Below are positions 41,001-54,622 of a stretch of DNA of 64,000 nt, piece by piece. Numbering within the stretch: the stretch's first letter is position 1; each line of letters begins with the position of its first letter. The stretch lies in NCBI GenBank assembly GCA_964016885.1, contig OZ024745.1, positions 44,950,001 through 45,014,000 on the forward strand. Reading direction: 5' to 3'. Origin of the DNA: Eledone cirrhosa. Its lineage: Eukaryota. The notes under the pieces were generated by a model. It saw only the letters and a program-made list of their open reading frames with translations, had not been told where the DNA came from and did no database searches. A program made the translations under genes and the position numbers.

Positions 41001-44000
41001 TTATTAACAAGTTGTAAGATGATGGCTTTTTGGGGTCACTGATGATAGCTTTTATTAACAAGTTGTAAGATGATGGCTTTTTGGGGTCACTGATGATAGC
41101 TTTTATTAACAAGTTGTAAGATGATGGCTTTTTGGTGTCACTGATGATGGCTTTTATTAACAAGTTGTAAGATGATGGCTTTTTGGGGTCACTGATGATA
41201 GCTTTTATTAACAAGTTGTAAGATGATGGCTTTTTGGGGTCACTGATGATAGCTTTTATTAACAAGTTGTAAGATGATGGCTTTTTGGGGTCACTGATGA
41301 TGGCTTTTATTAACAAGTTGTAAGATGATGGCTTTTTGGGGTCACTGATGATAGCTTTTATTAACAAGTTGTAAGATGATGGCTTTTTGGGGTCACTGAT
41401 GATAGCTTTTATTAACAAGTTGTAAGATGGTGGCTTTTTGGGGTCACTGATGATGGCTTTTATTAACAAGTTGTAAGATGGTGGCTTTTTGGGGTCACTG
41501 ATGATGGCTTTTTGGGGTCACTGATGATAGCTTTGATTAACAAGTTGTAAGATGGTGGCTTTTTGGGGTCACTGATGATAGCTTTGATTAACAAGTTGTA
41601 AGATGGTGGCTTTTTGGGGTCACTGATGATGGCTTTTTGGGGTCACTGATGATAGCTTTGATTAACAAGTTGTAAGATGGTGGCTTTTTGGGGTCACTGA
41701 TGATGGCTTTTTGGGGTCACTGATGATAGCTTTGATTAACAAGTTGTAAGATGATGGCTTTTTGGGGTCACTGATGATGGCTTTTATTAACAAGTTGTAA
41801 GATGATGGCTTTTTGGGGTCACTGATGATAGCTTTTATTAACAAGTTGTAAGATGATGGCTTTTTGGGGTCACTGATGATAGCTTTTATTAACAAGTTGT
41901 AAGATGGTGGCTTTTTGGGGTCACTGATGATGGCTTTTATTAACAAGTTGTAAGATGGTGGCTTTTTGGGGTCACTGATGATGGCTTTTTGGGGTCACTG
42001 ATGATAGCTTTGATTAACAAGTTGTAAGATGGTGGCTTTTTGGGGTCACTGATGATAGCTTTGATTAACAAGTTGTAAGATGGTGGCTTTTTGGGGTCAC
42101 TGATGATGGCTTTTTGGGGTCACTGATGATAGCTTTGATTAACAAGTTGTAAGATGGTGGCTTTTTGGGGTCACTGATGATGGCTTTTTGGGGTCACTGA
42201 TGATAGCTTTGATTAACAAGTTGTAAGATGATGGCTTTTTGGGGTCACTGATGATGGCTTTTTGGGGTCACTGATGATAGCTTTGATTAACAAGTTGTAA
42301 GATGGTGGCTTTTTGGGGTCACTGATGATAGCTTTTATTAACAAGTTGTAAGATGATGGCTTTTTGGGGTCAGTGATGATAGCTTTTATTAACAAGTTGT
42401 AGGATGATGGCTTTTTGGGGTCAGTGATGATAGCTTTTATTAACAAGTTGTAAGATGATGGCTTTTTGGGGTCACTGATGATAGCTTTTATTAACAAGTT
42501 GTAAGATGATGGCTTTTTGGGGTCACTGATGATGGCTTTTTGGGGTCACTGATGATAGCTTTGATTAACAAGTTGTAAGATGGTGGCTTTTTGGGGTCAC
42601 TGATGATGGCTTTTTGGGGTCACTGATGATAGCTTATGATTAACAAGTTGTAAGATGGTGGCTTTTTGGGGTCACTGATGATAGCTTTTATTAACAAGTT
42701 GTAGGATGATGGCTTTTTGGGGTCACTGATGATGGCTTTTATTAACAAGTTGTAAGATGATGGCTTTTTGGGGTCACTGATGATGGCTTTTATTAACAAG
42801 TTGTAAGATGATGGCTTTTTGGGGTCACTGATGATGGCTTTTATTAACAAGTTGTAAGATGGTGGCTTTTTGGGGTCACTGATGATGGCTTTTATTAACA
42901 AGTTGTAAGATGATGGCTTTTTGGGGTCACTGATGATAGCTTTTATTAACAAGTTGTAAGATGATGGCTTTTTGGGGTCACTGATCATAGCTTTTATTAA
43001 CAAGTTGTAAGATGATGGCTTTTTGGGGTCACTGATGATGGCTTTTATTAACAAGTTGTAAGATGGTGGCTTTTTGGGGTCACTGATGATAGCTTTTATT
43101 AACAAGTTGTAGGATGATGGCTTTTTGGGGTCACTGATGATAGCTTTTATTAACAAGTTGTAGGATGATGGCTTTTTGGGGTCACTGATGATAGCTTTTA
43201 TTAACAAGTTGTAAGATGATGGCTTTTTGGGGTCACTGATCATAGCTTTTATTAACAAGTTGTAAGATGATGGCTTTTTGGGGTCACTGATGATGGCTTT
43301 TATTAACAAGTTGTAGGATGATGGCTTTTTGGGGTCACTGATGATAGCTTTTATTAACAAGTTGTAGGATGATGGCTTTTTGGGGTCACTGATGATAGCT
43401 TTTATTAACAAGTTGTAGGATGATGGCTTTTTGGGGTCACTGATGATAGCTTTTATTAACAAGTTGTAGGATGATGGCTTTTTGGGGTCACTGATGATAG
43501 CTTTTATTAACAAGTTGTAAGATCATGGCTTTTTGGGGTCACTGATGATAGCTTTTATTAACAAGTTGTAAGATGATGGCTTTTTGGGGTCACTGATGAT
43601 AGCTTTTATTAACAAGTTGTAAGATGATGGCTTTTTGGGGTCACTGATCATAGCTTTTATTAACAAGTTGTAAGATGATGGCTTTTTGGGGTCACTGATG
43701 ATGGCTTTTATTAACAAGTTGTAAGATGGTGGCTTTTTGGGGTCACTGATGATGGCTTTTTGGGGTCACTGATGATAGCTTTGATTAACAAGTTGTAAGA
43801 TGATGGCTTTTTGGGGTCACTGATGATGGCTTTTTGGGGTCACTGATGATAGCTTTGATTAACAAGTTGTAAGATGGTGGCTTTTTGGGGTCACTGATGA
43901 TAGCTTTTATTAACAAGTTGTAAGATCATGGCTTTTTGGGGTCACTGATGATGGCTTTTATTAACAAGTTGTAAGATGATGGCTTTTTGGGGTCACTGAT

Positions 44001-47000
44001 GATAGCTTTTATTAACAAGTTGTAAGATGATGGCTTTTTGGGGTCACTGATGATGGCTTTTATTAACAAGTTGTAAGATGATGGCTTTTTGGGGTCACTG
44101 ATGATAGCTTTTATTAACAAGTTGTAAGATGATGGCTTTTTGGGGTCACTGATCATAGCTTTTATTAACAAGTTGTAAGATGATGGCTTTTTGGGGTCAC
44201 TGATGATGGCTTTTATTAACAAGTTGTAAGATGGTGGCTTTTTGGGGTCACTGATGATGGCTTTTTGGGGTCACTGATGATAGCTTTGATTAACAAGTTG
44301 TAAGATGATGGCTTTTTGGGGTCACTGATGATGGCTTTTTGGGGTCACTGATGATGGCTTTTTGGGGTCACTGATGATAGCTTTTATTAACAAGTTGTAA
44401 GATGATGGCTTTTCGGGGTCAGTGATGATAGCTTTTATTAACAAGTTGTAAGATGATGGCTTTTTGGGGTCACTGATGATAGCTTTTATTAACAAGTTGT
44501 AAGATGATGGCTTTTTGGGGTCACTGATGATAGCTTTTATTAACAAGTTGTAAGATGATGGCTTTTTGGGGTCACTGATGATGGCTTTTATTAACAAGTT
44601 GTAAGATGATGGCTTTTTGGGGTCACTGATGATAGCTTTTATTAACAAGTTGTAAGATGATGGCTTTTTGGGGTCACTGATGATAGCTTTTATTAACAAG
44701 TTGTAAGTTGATGGCTTTTTGGGGTCACTGATGATAGCTTTTATTAACAAGTTGTAAGATGATGGCTTTTTGGGGTCACTGATGATAGCTTTTATTAACA
44801 AGTTGTAAGATGATGGCTTTTTGGGGTCACTGATGATAGCTTTTATTAACAAGTTGTAAGATGATGGCTTTTTGGGGTCACTGATGATAGCTTTTATTAA
44901 CAAGTTGTAAGATGATGGCTTTTTGGTGTCACTGATGATGGCTTTTATTAACAAGTTGTAAGATGATGGCTTTTTGGGGTCACTGATGATAGCTTTTATT
45001 AACAAGTTGTAAGATGATGGCTTTTTGGGGTCACTGATGATAGCTTTTATTAACAAGTTGTAAGATGATGGCTTTTTGGGGTCACTGATGATGGCTTTTA
45101 TTAACAAGTTGTAAGATGATGGCTTTTTGGGGTCACTGATGATAGCTTTTATTAACAAGTTGTAAGATGATGGCTTTTTGGGGTCACTGATGATAGCTTT
45201 TATTAACAAGTTGTAAGATGGTGGCTTTTTGGGGTCACTGATGATGGCTTTTATTAACAAGTTGTAAGATGGTGGCTTTTTGGGGTCACTGATGATGGCT
45301 TTTTGGGGTCACTGATGATAGCTTTGATTAACAAGTTGTAAGATGGTGGCTTTTTGGGGTCACTGATGATAGCTTTGATTAACAAGTTGTAAGATGGTGG
45401 CTTTTTGGGGTCACTGATGATGGCTTTTTGGGGTCACTGATGATAGCTTTGATTAACAAGTTGTAAGATGGTGTCTTTTTGGGGTCACTGATGATGGCTT
45501 TTTGGGGTCACTGATGATAGCTTTGATTAACAAGTTGTAAGATGATGGCTTTTTGGGGTCACTGATGATGGCTTTTATTAACAAGTTGTAAGATGATGGC
45601 TTTTTGGGGTCACTGATGATAGCTTTTATTAACAAGTTGTAAGATGATGGCTTTTTGGGGTCACTGATGATAGCTTTTATTAACAAGTTGTAAGATGGTG
45701 GCTTTTTGGGGTCACTGATGATGGCTTTTATTAACAAGTTGTAAGATGGTGGCTTTTTGGGGTCACTGATGATGGCTTTTTGGGGTCACTGATGATAGCT
45801 TTGATTAACAAGTTGTAAGATGGTGGCTTTTTGGGGTCACTGATGATAGCTTTGATTAACAAGTTGTAAGATGGTGGCTTTTTGGGGTCACTGATGATGG
45901 CTTTTTGGGGTCACTGATGATAGCTTTGATTAACAAGTTGTAAGATGGTGGCTTTTTGGGGTCACTGATGATGGCTTTTTGGGGTCACTGATGATAGCTT
46001 TGATTAACAAGTTGTAAGATGGTGGCTTTTTGGGGTCACTGATGATAGCTTTTATTAACAAGTTGTAAGATGATGGCTTTTTGGGGTCAGTGATGATAGC
46101 TTTTATTAACAAGTTGTAGGATGATGGCTTTTTGGGGTCAGTGATGATAGCTTTTATTAACAAGTTGTAAGATGATGGCTTTTTGGGGTCACTGATGATA
46201 GCTTTTATTAACAAGTTGTAAGATGATGGCTTTTTGGGGTCACTGATGATGGCTTTTTGGGGTCACTGATGATAGCTTATGATTAACAAGTTGTAAGATG
46301 GTGGCTTTTTGGGGTCACTGATGATAGCTTTTATTAACAAGTTGTAGGATGATGGCTTTTTGGGGTCACTGATGATGGCTTTTATTAACAAGTTGTAAGA
46401 TGATGGCTTTTTGGGGTCACTGATGATGGCTTTTATTAACAAGTTGTAAGATGATGGCTTTTTGGGGTCACTGATGATGGCTTTTATTAACAAGTTGTAA
46501 GATGGTGGCTTTTTGGGGTCACTGATGATAGCTTTTATTAACAAGTTGTAGGATGATGGCTTTTTGGGGTCACTGATGATAGCTTTTATTAACAAGTTGT
46601 AGGATGATGGCTTTTTGGGGTCACTGATGATAGCTTTTATTAACAAGTTGTAAGATGATGGCTTTTTGGGGTCACTGATCATAGCTTTTATTAACAAGTT
46701 GTAAGATGATGGCTTTTTGGGGTCACTGATGATGGCTTTTATTAACAAGTTGTAGGATGATGGCTTTTTGGGGTCACTGATGATAGCTTTTATTAACAAG
46801 TTGTAGGATGATGGCTTTTTGGGGTCACTGATGATAGCTTTTATTAACAAGTTGTAGGATGATGGCTTTTTGGGGTCACTGATGATAGCTTTTATTAACA
46901 AGTTGTAGGATGATGGCTTTTTGGGGTCACTGATGATAGCTTTTATTAACAAGTTGTAAGATCATGGCTTTTTGGGGTCACTGATGATGGCTTTTATTAA

Positions 47001-50000
47001 CAAGTTGTAAGATGATGGCTTTTTGGGGTCACTGATGATAGCTTTTATTAACAAGTTGTAAGATGATGGCTTTTTGGGGTCACTGATCATAGCTTTTATT
47101 AACAAGTTGTAAGATGATGGCTTTTTGGGGTCACTGATGATGGCTTTTATTAACAAGTTGTAAGATGGTGGCTTTTTGGGGTCACTGATGATGGCTTTTT
47201 GGGGTCACTGATGATAGCTTTGATTAACAAGTTGTAAGATGATGGCTTTTTGGGGTCACTGATGATGGCTTTTTGGGGTCACTGATGATGGCTTTTTGGG
47301 GTCACTGATGATAGCTTTGATTAACAAGTTGTAAGATGGTGGCTTTTTGGGGTCACTGATGATAGCTTTTATTAACAAGTTGTAAGATCATGGCTTTTTG
47401 GGGTCACTGATGATGGCTTTTATTAACAAGTTGTAAGATGATGGCTTTTTGGGGTCACTGATGATAGCTTTTATTAACAAGTTGTAAGATGATGGCTTTT
47501 TGGGGTCACTGATGATGGCTTTTATTAACAAGTTGTAAGATGATGGCTTTTTGGGGTCACTGATGATAGCTTTTATTAACAAGTTGTAAGATGATGGCTT
47601 TTTGGGGTCACTGATCATAGCTTTTATTAACAAGTTGTAAGATGATGGCTTTTTGGGGTCACTGATGATGGCTTTTATTAACAAGTTGTAAGATGGTGGC
47701 TTTTTGGGGTCACTGATGATGGCTTTTTGGGGTCACTGATGATAGCTTTGATTAACAAGTTGTAAGATGATGGCTTTTTGGGGTCACTGATGATGGCTTT
47801 TTGGGGTCACTGATGATGGCTTTTTGGGGTCACTGATGATAGCTTTTATTAACAAGTTGTAAGATGATGGCTTTTTGGGGTCACTGATGATAGCTTTTAT
47901 TAACAAGTTGTAAGATGATGGCTTTTTGGGGTCACTGATGATGGCTTTTATTAACAAGTTGTAAGATGATGGCTTTTTGGGGTCACTGATGATAGCTTTT
48001 ATTAACAAGTTGTAAGATGATGGCTTTTTGGGGTCACTGATGATAGCTTTTATTAACAAGTTGTAAGTTGATGGCTTTTTGGGGTCACTGATGATAGCTT
48101 TTATTAACAAGTTGTAAGATGATGGCTTTTTGGGGTCACTGATGATAGCTTTTATTAACAAGTTGTAAGATGATGGCTTTTTGGGGTCACTGATGATAGC
48201 TTTTATTAACAAGTTGTAAGATGATGGCTTTTTGGGGTCACTGATGATAGCTTTTATTAACAAGTTGTAAGATGATGGCTTTTTGGTGTCACTGATGATG
48301 GCTTTTATTAACAAGTTGTAAGATGATGGCTTTTTGGGGTCACTGATGATAGCTTTTATTAACAAGTTGTAAGATGATGGCTTTTTGGGGTCACTGATGA
48401 TAGCTTTTATTAACAAGTTGTAAGATGATGGCTTTTTGGGGTCACTGATGATGGCTTTTATTAACAAGTTGTAAGATGATGGCTTTTTGGGGTCACTGAT
48501 GATAGCTTTTATTAACAAGTTGTAAGATGATGGCTTTTTGGGGTCACTGATGATAGCTTTTATTAACAAGTTGTAAGATGGTGGCTTTTTGGGGTCACTG
48601 ATGATGGCTTTTATTAACAAGTTGTAAGATGGTGGCTTTTTGGGGTCACTGATGATGGCTTTTTGGGGTCACTGATGATAGCTTTGATTAACAAGTTGTA
48701 AGATGGTGGCTTTTTGGGGTCACTGATGATAGCTTTGATTAACAAGTTGTAAGATGGTGGCTTTTTGGGGTCACTGATGATGGCTTTTTGGGGTCACTGA
48801 TGATAGCTTTGATTAACAAGTTGTAAGATGGTGGCTTTTTGGGGTCACTGATGATGGCTTTTTGGGGTCACTGATGATAGCTTTGATTAACAAGTTGTAA
48901 GATGATGGCTTTTTGGGGTCACTGATGATGGCTTTTATTAACAAGTTGTAAGATGATGGCTTTTTGGGGTCACTGATGATAGCTTTTATTAACAAGTTGT
49001 AAGATGATGGCTTTTTGGGGTCACTGATGATAGCTTTTATTAACAAGTTGTAAGATGGTGGCTTTTTGGGGTCACTGATGATGGCTTTTATTAACAAGTT
49101 GTAAGATGGTGGCTTTTTGGGGTCACTGATGATGGCTTTTTGGGGTCACTGATGATAGCTTTGATTAACAAGTTGTAAGATGGTGGCTTTTTGGGGTCAC
49201 TGATGATAGCTTTGATTAACAAGTTGTAAGATGGTGGCTTTTTGGGGTCACTGATGATGGCTTTTTGGGGTCACTGATGATAGCTTTGATTAACAAGTTG
49301 TAAGATGGTGGCTTTTTGGGGTCACTGATGATGGCTTTTTGGGGTCACTGATGATAGCTTTGATTAACAAGTTGTAAGATGATGGCTTTTTGGGGTCACT
49401 GATGATGGCTTTTTGGGGTCACTGATGATAGCTTTGATTAACAAGTTGTAAGATGGTGGCTTTTTGGGGTCACTGATGATAGCTTTTATTAACAAGTTGT
49501 AAGATGATGGCTTTTTGGGGTCAGTGATGATAGCTTTTATTAACAAGTTGTAGGATGATGGCTTTTTGGGGTCAGTGATGATAGCTTTTATTAACAAGTT
49601 GTAAGATGATGGCTTTTTGGGGTCACTGATGATAGCTTTTATTAACAAGTTGTAAGATGATGGCTTTTTGGGGTCACTGATGATGGCTTTTTGGGGTCAC
49701 TGATGATAGCTTTGATTAACAAGTTGTAAGATGGTGGCTTTTTGGGGTCACTGATGATGGCTTTTTGGGGTCACTGATGATAGCTTATGATTAACAAGTT
49801 GTAAGATGGTGGCTTTTTGGGGTCACTGATGATAGCTTTTATTAACAAGTTGTAGGATGATGGCTTTTTGGGGTCACTGATGATGGCTTTTATTAACAAG
49901 TTGTAAGATGATGGCTTTTTGGGGTCACTGATGATGGCTTTTATTAACAAGTTGTAAGATGATGGCTTTTTGGGGTCACTGATGATAGCTTTTATTAACA

Positions 50001-51059
50001 AGTTGTAAGATGGTGGCTTTTTGGGGTCACTGATGATGGCTTTTATTAACAAGTTGTAGGATGATGGCTTTTTGGGGTCACTGATGATAGCTTTTATTAA
50101 CAAGTTGTAAGATGATGGCTTTTTGGGGTCACTGATGATAGCTTTTATTAACAAGTTGTAGGATGATGGCTTTTTGGGGTCAGTGATGATAGCTTTTATT
50201 AACAAGTTGTAGGATGATGGCTTTTTGGGGTCACTGATGATGGCTTTTATTAACAAGTTGTAGGATGATGGCTTTTTGGGGTCACTGATGATAGCTTTTA
50301 TTAACAAGTTGTAGGATGATGGCTTTTTGGGGTCACTGATGATAGCTTTTATTAACAAGTTGTAGGATGATGGCTTTTTGGGGTCACTGATGATAGCTTT
50401 TATTAACAAGTTGTAGGATGATGGCTTTTTGGGGTCACTGATGATAGCTTTTATTAACAAGTTGTAAGATGATGGCTTTTTGGGGTCACTGATGATAGCT
50501 TTTATTAACAAGTTGTAGGATGATGGCTTTTTGGGGTCACTGATGATAGCTTTTATTAACAAGTTGTAAGATGATGGCTTTTTGGGGTCACTGATGATAG
50601 CTTTTATTAACAAGTTGTAGGATGATGGCTTTTTGGGGTCAGTGATGATAGCTTTTATTAACAAGTTGTAGGATGATGGCTTTTTGGGGTCACTGATGAT
50701 AGCTTTTATTAACAAGTTGTAGGATCATGGCTTTTTGGGGTCACTGATGATGGCTTTTATTAACAAGTTGTAAGATGATGGCTTTTTGGGGTCACTGATG
50801 ATGGCTTTTATTAACAAGTTGTAAGATCATGGCTTTTTGGGGTCACTGATGATGGCTTTTATTAACAAGTTGTAAGATCATGGCTTTTTGGGGTCACTGA
50901 TGATGGCTTTTATTAACAAGTTGTAAGATGATGGCTTTTTGGGGTTACTGATGATGGCTTTTATTAACAAGTTGTAAGATCATGGCTTTTTGGGGTCACT
51001 GATGATGGCTTTTATTAACAAGTTGTAAGATCATGGCTTTTTGGGGTCACTGATGATAG
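26073..51059. repeat. Intronic tandem satellite, 51-bp monomer, about 25 kb (roughly 490 monomer lengths)
   Basis: Consensus ggggtcactgatgat(a/g)gcttttattaacaagttgta(a/g)gatgatggcttttt. Highly homogeneous, with interspersed 23-bp partial units (ggggtcactgatgatggcttttt) and sharp edges. Confidence 0.99.
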
Positions 51060-51399
51060 TATTCAATATCTTGCTAAACAATGAATTAAGTAAAGATGAG
51101 GTTCCATCTTAAGAATACAGTGAATACTTTATAGGTCTAGATTTTATTTGACTATGAAGGAAAACTAATTTTGCAAAGATAGGCAAGGATATATTTGATT
51201 AAATCAATCCTTGATTATTACTGTAGTTGTTCCATCTCAAGAGTTATAAGAACTACAATCTACTAGGGTTTTGAAATGTAGAAAGCAGATTAGATACCAT
51301 ATCAATTCTGAGAAAGTGGTTATAATTTTCAATTAGCAATAAGCACATGCTGGATTCATCTTTGTAGCCATGGTATTTATTCTGTGCAAATAATAATGA

Positions 51400-52710
51400 T
51401 AATAATAATAACAACAGCAACAACAATATGCAAAATATTAACCATTGAACTCAAACAATACCTTAAAGCTACAGATGACTGGATGTTGAAAATGGTTGAA
51501 GATCATGAATGGAAGAAGAGTATAGATTTGTGGAAGAATTAGTAATACATTTTGAAAATGATGGTGATGCTGCAATTAAGGCTGCAAAGAACATCAAAAT
51601 GTTGGCAAAAAATGAAGGAAACTGTGCACTAAATGGTAGCAAAAACCACTGCATGGGCTGAATTGTTATAAGAACTAAAACAAACAACAGTTTGCCCACA
51701 GTACATAGAACTAGTTATTGCAGTTAGGAAGTCAACAAAAAGATGATTAATTGGAAGTCTTCAGAACTAGATGGTGTTCAAGACTACTGGATAAACAAAT
51801 TTGGTGATGTCACGCAACTTGATACATTGCTAAATATGACCAAGTTATACCAGAGTAGTTGACAAATGGCAGGATAGTTTTGTTCTTAAAAGACATCACA
51901 AAAGGAATGTGGTAGACAACTACAGATCGATACCATGCTTACTATTTATGTGGAAATTATTGACTGGAATCTTGAAGAATATGGAATCTTACCAGATAAA
52001 CAGAAAAGGTGCAAGTATAAGTGCAGAGGTATCAAAAACCAGCTTTTGATAGACAAAACAATACTTAAAGATAGCAAGAGGAGGAATACCAACTTGGCTG
52101 TATCGTGGATTGATTATCACAAAGCCTAGGATATGATTCTGCACTCTTGGATCATGGAATGTGTGAACCTATTTGGTGTTGCATCGAATATTGAGAGATT
52201 CTTAAGGAAAAATATGGAGAAGTGGAAGACAGAACTTACAGTATGTGGAAGAAGTTTAGGAATAATAAAAATCAAGATAGGTATATTTCAAGGTGACAGT
52301 CAGTCATCACTGATTTTTGTACTGTGCATGATACCACTGACAATGATTTTGAGGAAAGTTAAGGATGGGTATGAATTCAAAGGTTGCCAACAAAAGGTTA
52401 ACCTCTTATTATTCATGGACGACCTCAAGCTTTATGGTAAGGATGAATCCCAGGTCAGTTCCCTTGTTGATATGGTGTATACATTGAGTGCTGACACCAG
52501 AATGGAGATTGGATTGAAAAAGTGTGGTGTGTTAGTCTTGAGCAGAGGCACAATTAAATGCATGAATGGGTTGGTGCTGCCATCAAGTAAGGTTATGAAG
52601 CAAATAGAAGAGGAGGGTTAAAAGTACTTGGGGGTATTGAAAATGGACAAAATAATGGAGAAGGAAATGAAAAAGAACACTCCAGAGAGTTCTTAAAAAA
52701 TAAGGAGTAA
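51400..52710 (+). mobile_element. Degenerate R4/Dong-type LINE reverse transcriptase fragment
   Basis: WIDYHKA*DMILHSWIMECVNLFGV...GIFQGDSQSSLIFVLCMIPLT...LLFMDDLKLYGK, with stops and frameshifts, bracketed by (AAT)n-like tracts. Confidence 0.88.
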
Positions 52711-53009
52711 TGTTGATGATGATGATGATAACAACAACAAAAAAGAATAATAATAATTTTTTGCATAAGTATATGAAATATATTTTCCCTACAAATACCC
52801 ACATTTGTAAGGGGCAGTGGGATATACTTATTTTAATCACCTCCAGTATATTATTGTTACTTCTTATAGGGTTTCAGTTTTAGCATTTTAGTGAAGAGGG
52901 AATTTGGGCATTAATACATTTCCAAAGTTATTAATTATGCACATTGAAGTGGTTCCAACTAGAAAAATTCATATAACAAACAATTTATGAACATCTTATT
53001 GTTGCCCCC

Positions 53010-53040
<31 letters not shown>

Positions 53041-54487
53041 ACACACCACACACTAATAATGTTTATGATTATGATATTGCTCATAATTACAATGATTTCT
53101 AATTTTGGCTCAAGTCCAGTAATTTGGGAGAGGAGAAAGTATCAACCCCAATACTTTACTGGTACTTTATTTTATTGAGCTCTGTAATGATGAAATGCAA
53201 AGTTCACTTCAGTGTGATTTGAACTCAGAAAATAAAAGGCCATAAATAAAATGGGGAGATACTCACACAGGGAGGTTGATTTGGGTCACTTCAAACATAA
53301 ACCTGATCTAATCTGATGCATGAATTATTACATGAAATTGAAATTAATTTGCAAAATAAACACACATTTTTTCTAAAAGCACAATATAACGTTTATAAGT
53401 TGATGCATGTTGGGGAAAAGAAACAGAATAGAGGCATCCAATGAAAGTGCATATAGTTTGTGAGAGTGGTAAATCTTAGTTGTCTGAAATTCCATAAGTT
53501 CAGTTGATCATTTTTCTAGCTTTTCAGCCAGTGTAGTTGTGTTGCTAAAACATAAATCAGTTCTTATTGGAGATTGTTTTTTTTTTGTGTTGGTGGTGTT
53601 GTTCTGGTTTTATAAAATCTATAAAATCTGGTTTTATAAAATCAATGTGAACAAATACTTTTATGACTGGAAGTTATTTCAAATGGTTGAGGTCTTATAT
53701 GATGTATAGCTTGTATATCAAAGAATTTCCAGTGGAGTTGTAGGGGTGCTGTAATGATATATGGCATTTCTTGGGCATTTTTAAAAAGCATGGCTGAACC
53801 CATCCCCTCACAAGTTCTGAACACAGCCAATTTCTTCCTGAGGGGACAGAGAATGAGCTATAGACGAAAAATCAACCCTATTTACTGAACTAGTACTTTT
53901 TTTGTTGATCTTAAAAGGATGAAAGTCAAAGTTGACTTTGGTCAGATTTGAACTCAGAACACAGAGAGCTAGAACAAATGCCACAAAGCATTCTATCTGA
54001 CATTCTTATGACTCTGCTATTTTTCCACCTCTATATTATATTCTTGAGCAAAACACTTTATTTCACATTGCTCCAGTATACTCAGTTGAAAATGAATACC
54101 AGCAATAGCTGGGGGTTTAACCCTGCAATGGTCTGGTGTCCTATCCAAAGGGGAGTATTGTACTCTCAGTCGCTTAATGCCATGAAAACAAGAATAAGCA
54201 CCAACCTGATGAGCCTTCAGGCTAGAGACATACTTTAGACAGTAGTAACATGATCAATTGGTAAATGATAGATATATTGTTTGAGATATGTCAGTAGGCC
54301 TGTTTCTTCTTTTCTGTCTCAAAGTAATGACTACAATGTCTCACATAATTTACATTGAAGTTTTAGCAGTTAACAAACAATGTATGGAACAACAGTAGTT
54401 TTATAATCTATATAATGCACATGAAGGATGATATATTTTTATATGAATGTATGTATAAGGGATTGTTTATTCATACACATTTTTCAG

Positions 54488-54622
54488 CAACGCCATCGAA
54501 GTGACAGGCAGGTCAATAATCGCATTTCCTTCGTACTTCGTGATGGTCAGATGGTTGAGGAAAAATGGCACAAAGTTGTTGTTGGTGATATCATTCGAAT
54601 GGAAAACAACCAGTTTGTGGCC
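54488..54622 (+). CDS. ATP8B: ATP8B-like flippase exon: QRHRSDRQVNNRISFVLRDGQMVEEKWHKVVVGDIIRMENNQFVA (A-domain start)
   Basis: ttttttcAG acceptor, gtaagc donor, 135 nt, phase 0-0. Matches ATP8B 'RH.SD.QVNNR...W..V.VGDII...NNQFVA'. Confidence 0.97.

Noticed and set aside
26224-50715. Long minus-strand ORFs (up to 1324 aa) of repeated LLIKAIISDPKKPSSYN
   Set aside because: They arise because the 51-bp monomer is a multiple of 3 and lacks a stop in one frame. Starts are TTG, 23-bp units break the frame freely, and they are antisense within an intron.
26073-51059. CRISPR array
   Set aside because: No unique spacers, no cas genes, and the context is a eukaryotic intron.
26073-51059. Tandem C/D-box snoRNA cluster (TGATGA and CTGA motifs)
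   Set aside because: The boxes overlap within ctgatga, there is no RTGATGA with terminal stems, and the units abut with no spacers.
11947-54487. A third copy of the TM2 exon
   Set aside because: Scanning the non-satellite intron by eye for an AG, 99 open nt and a DD-x|GT end found only two copies. A profile search could still reveal a more diverged one.
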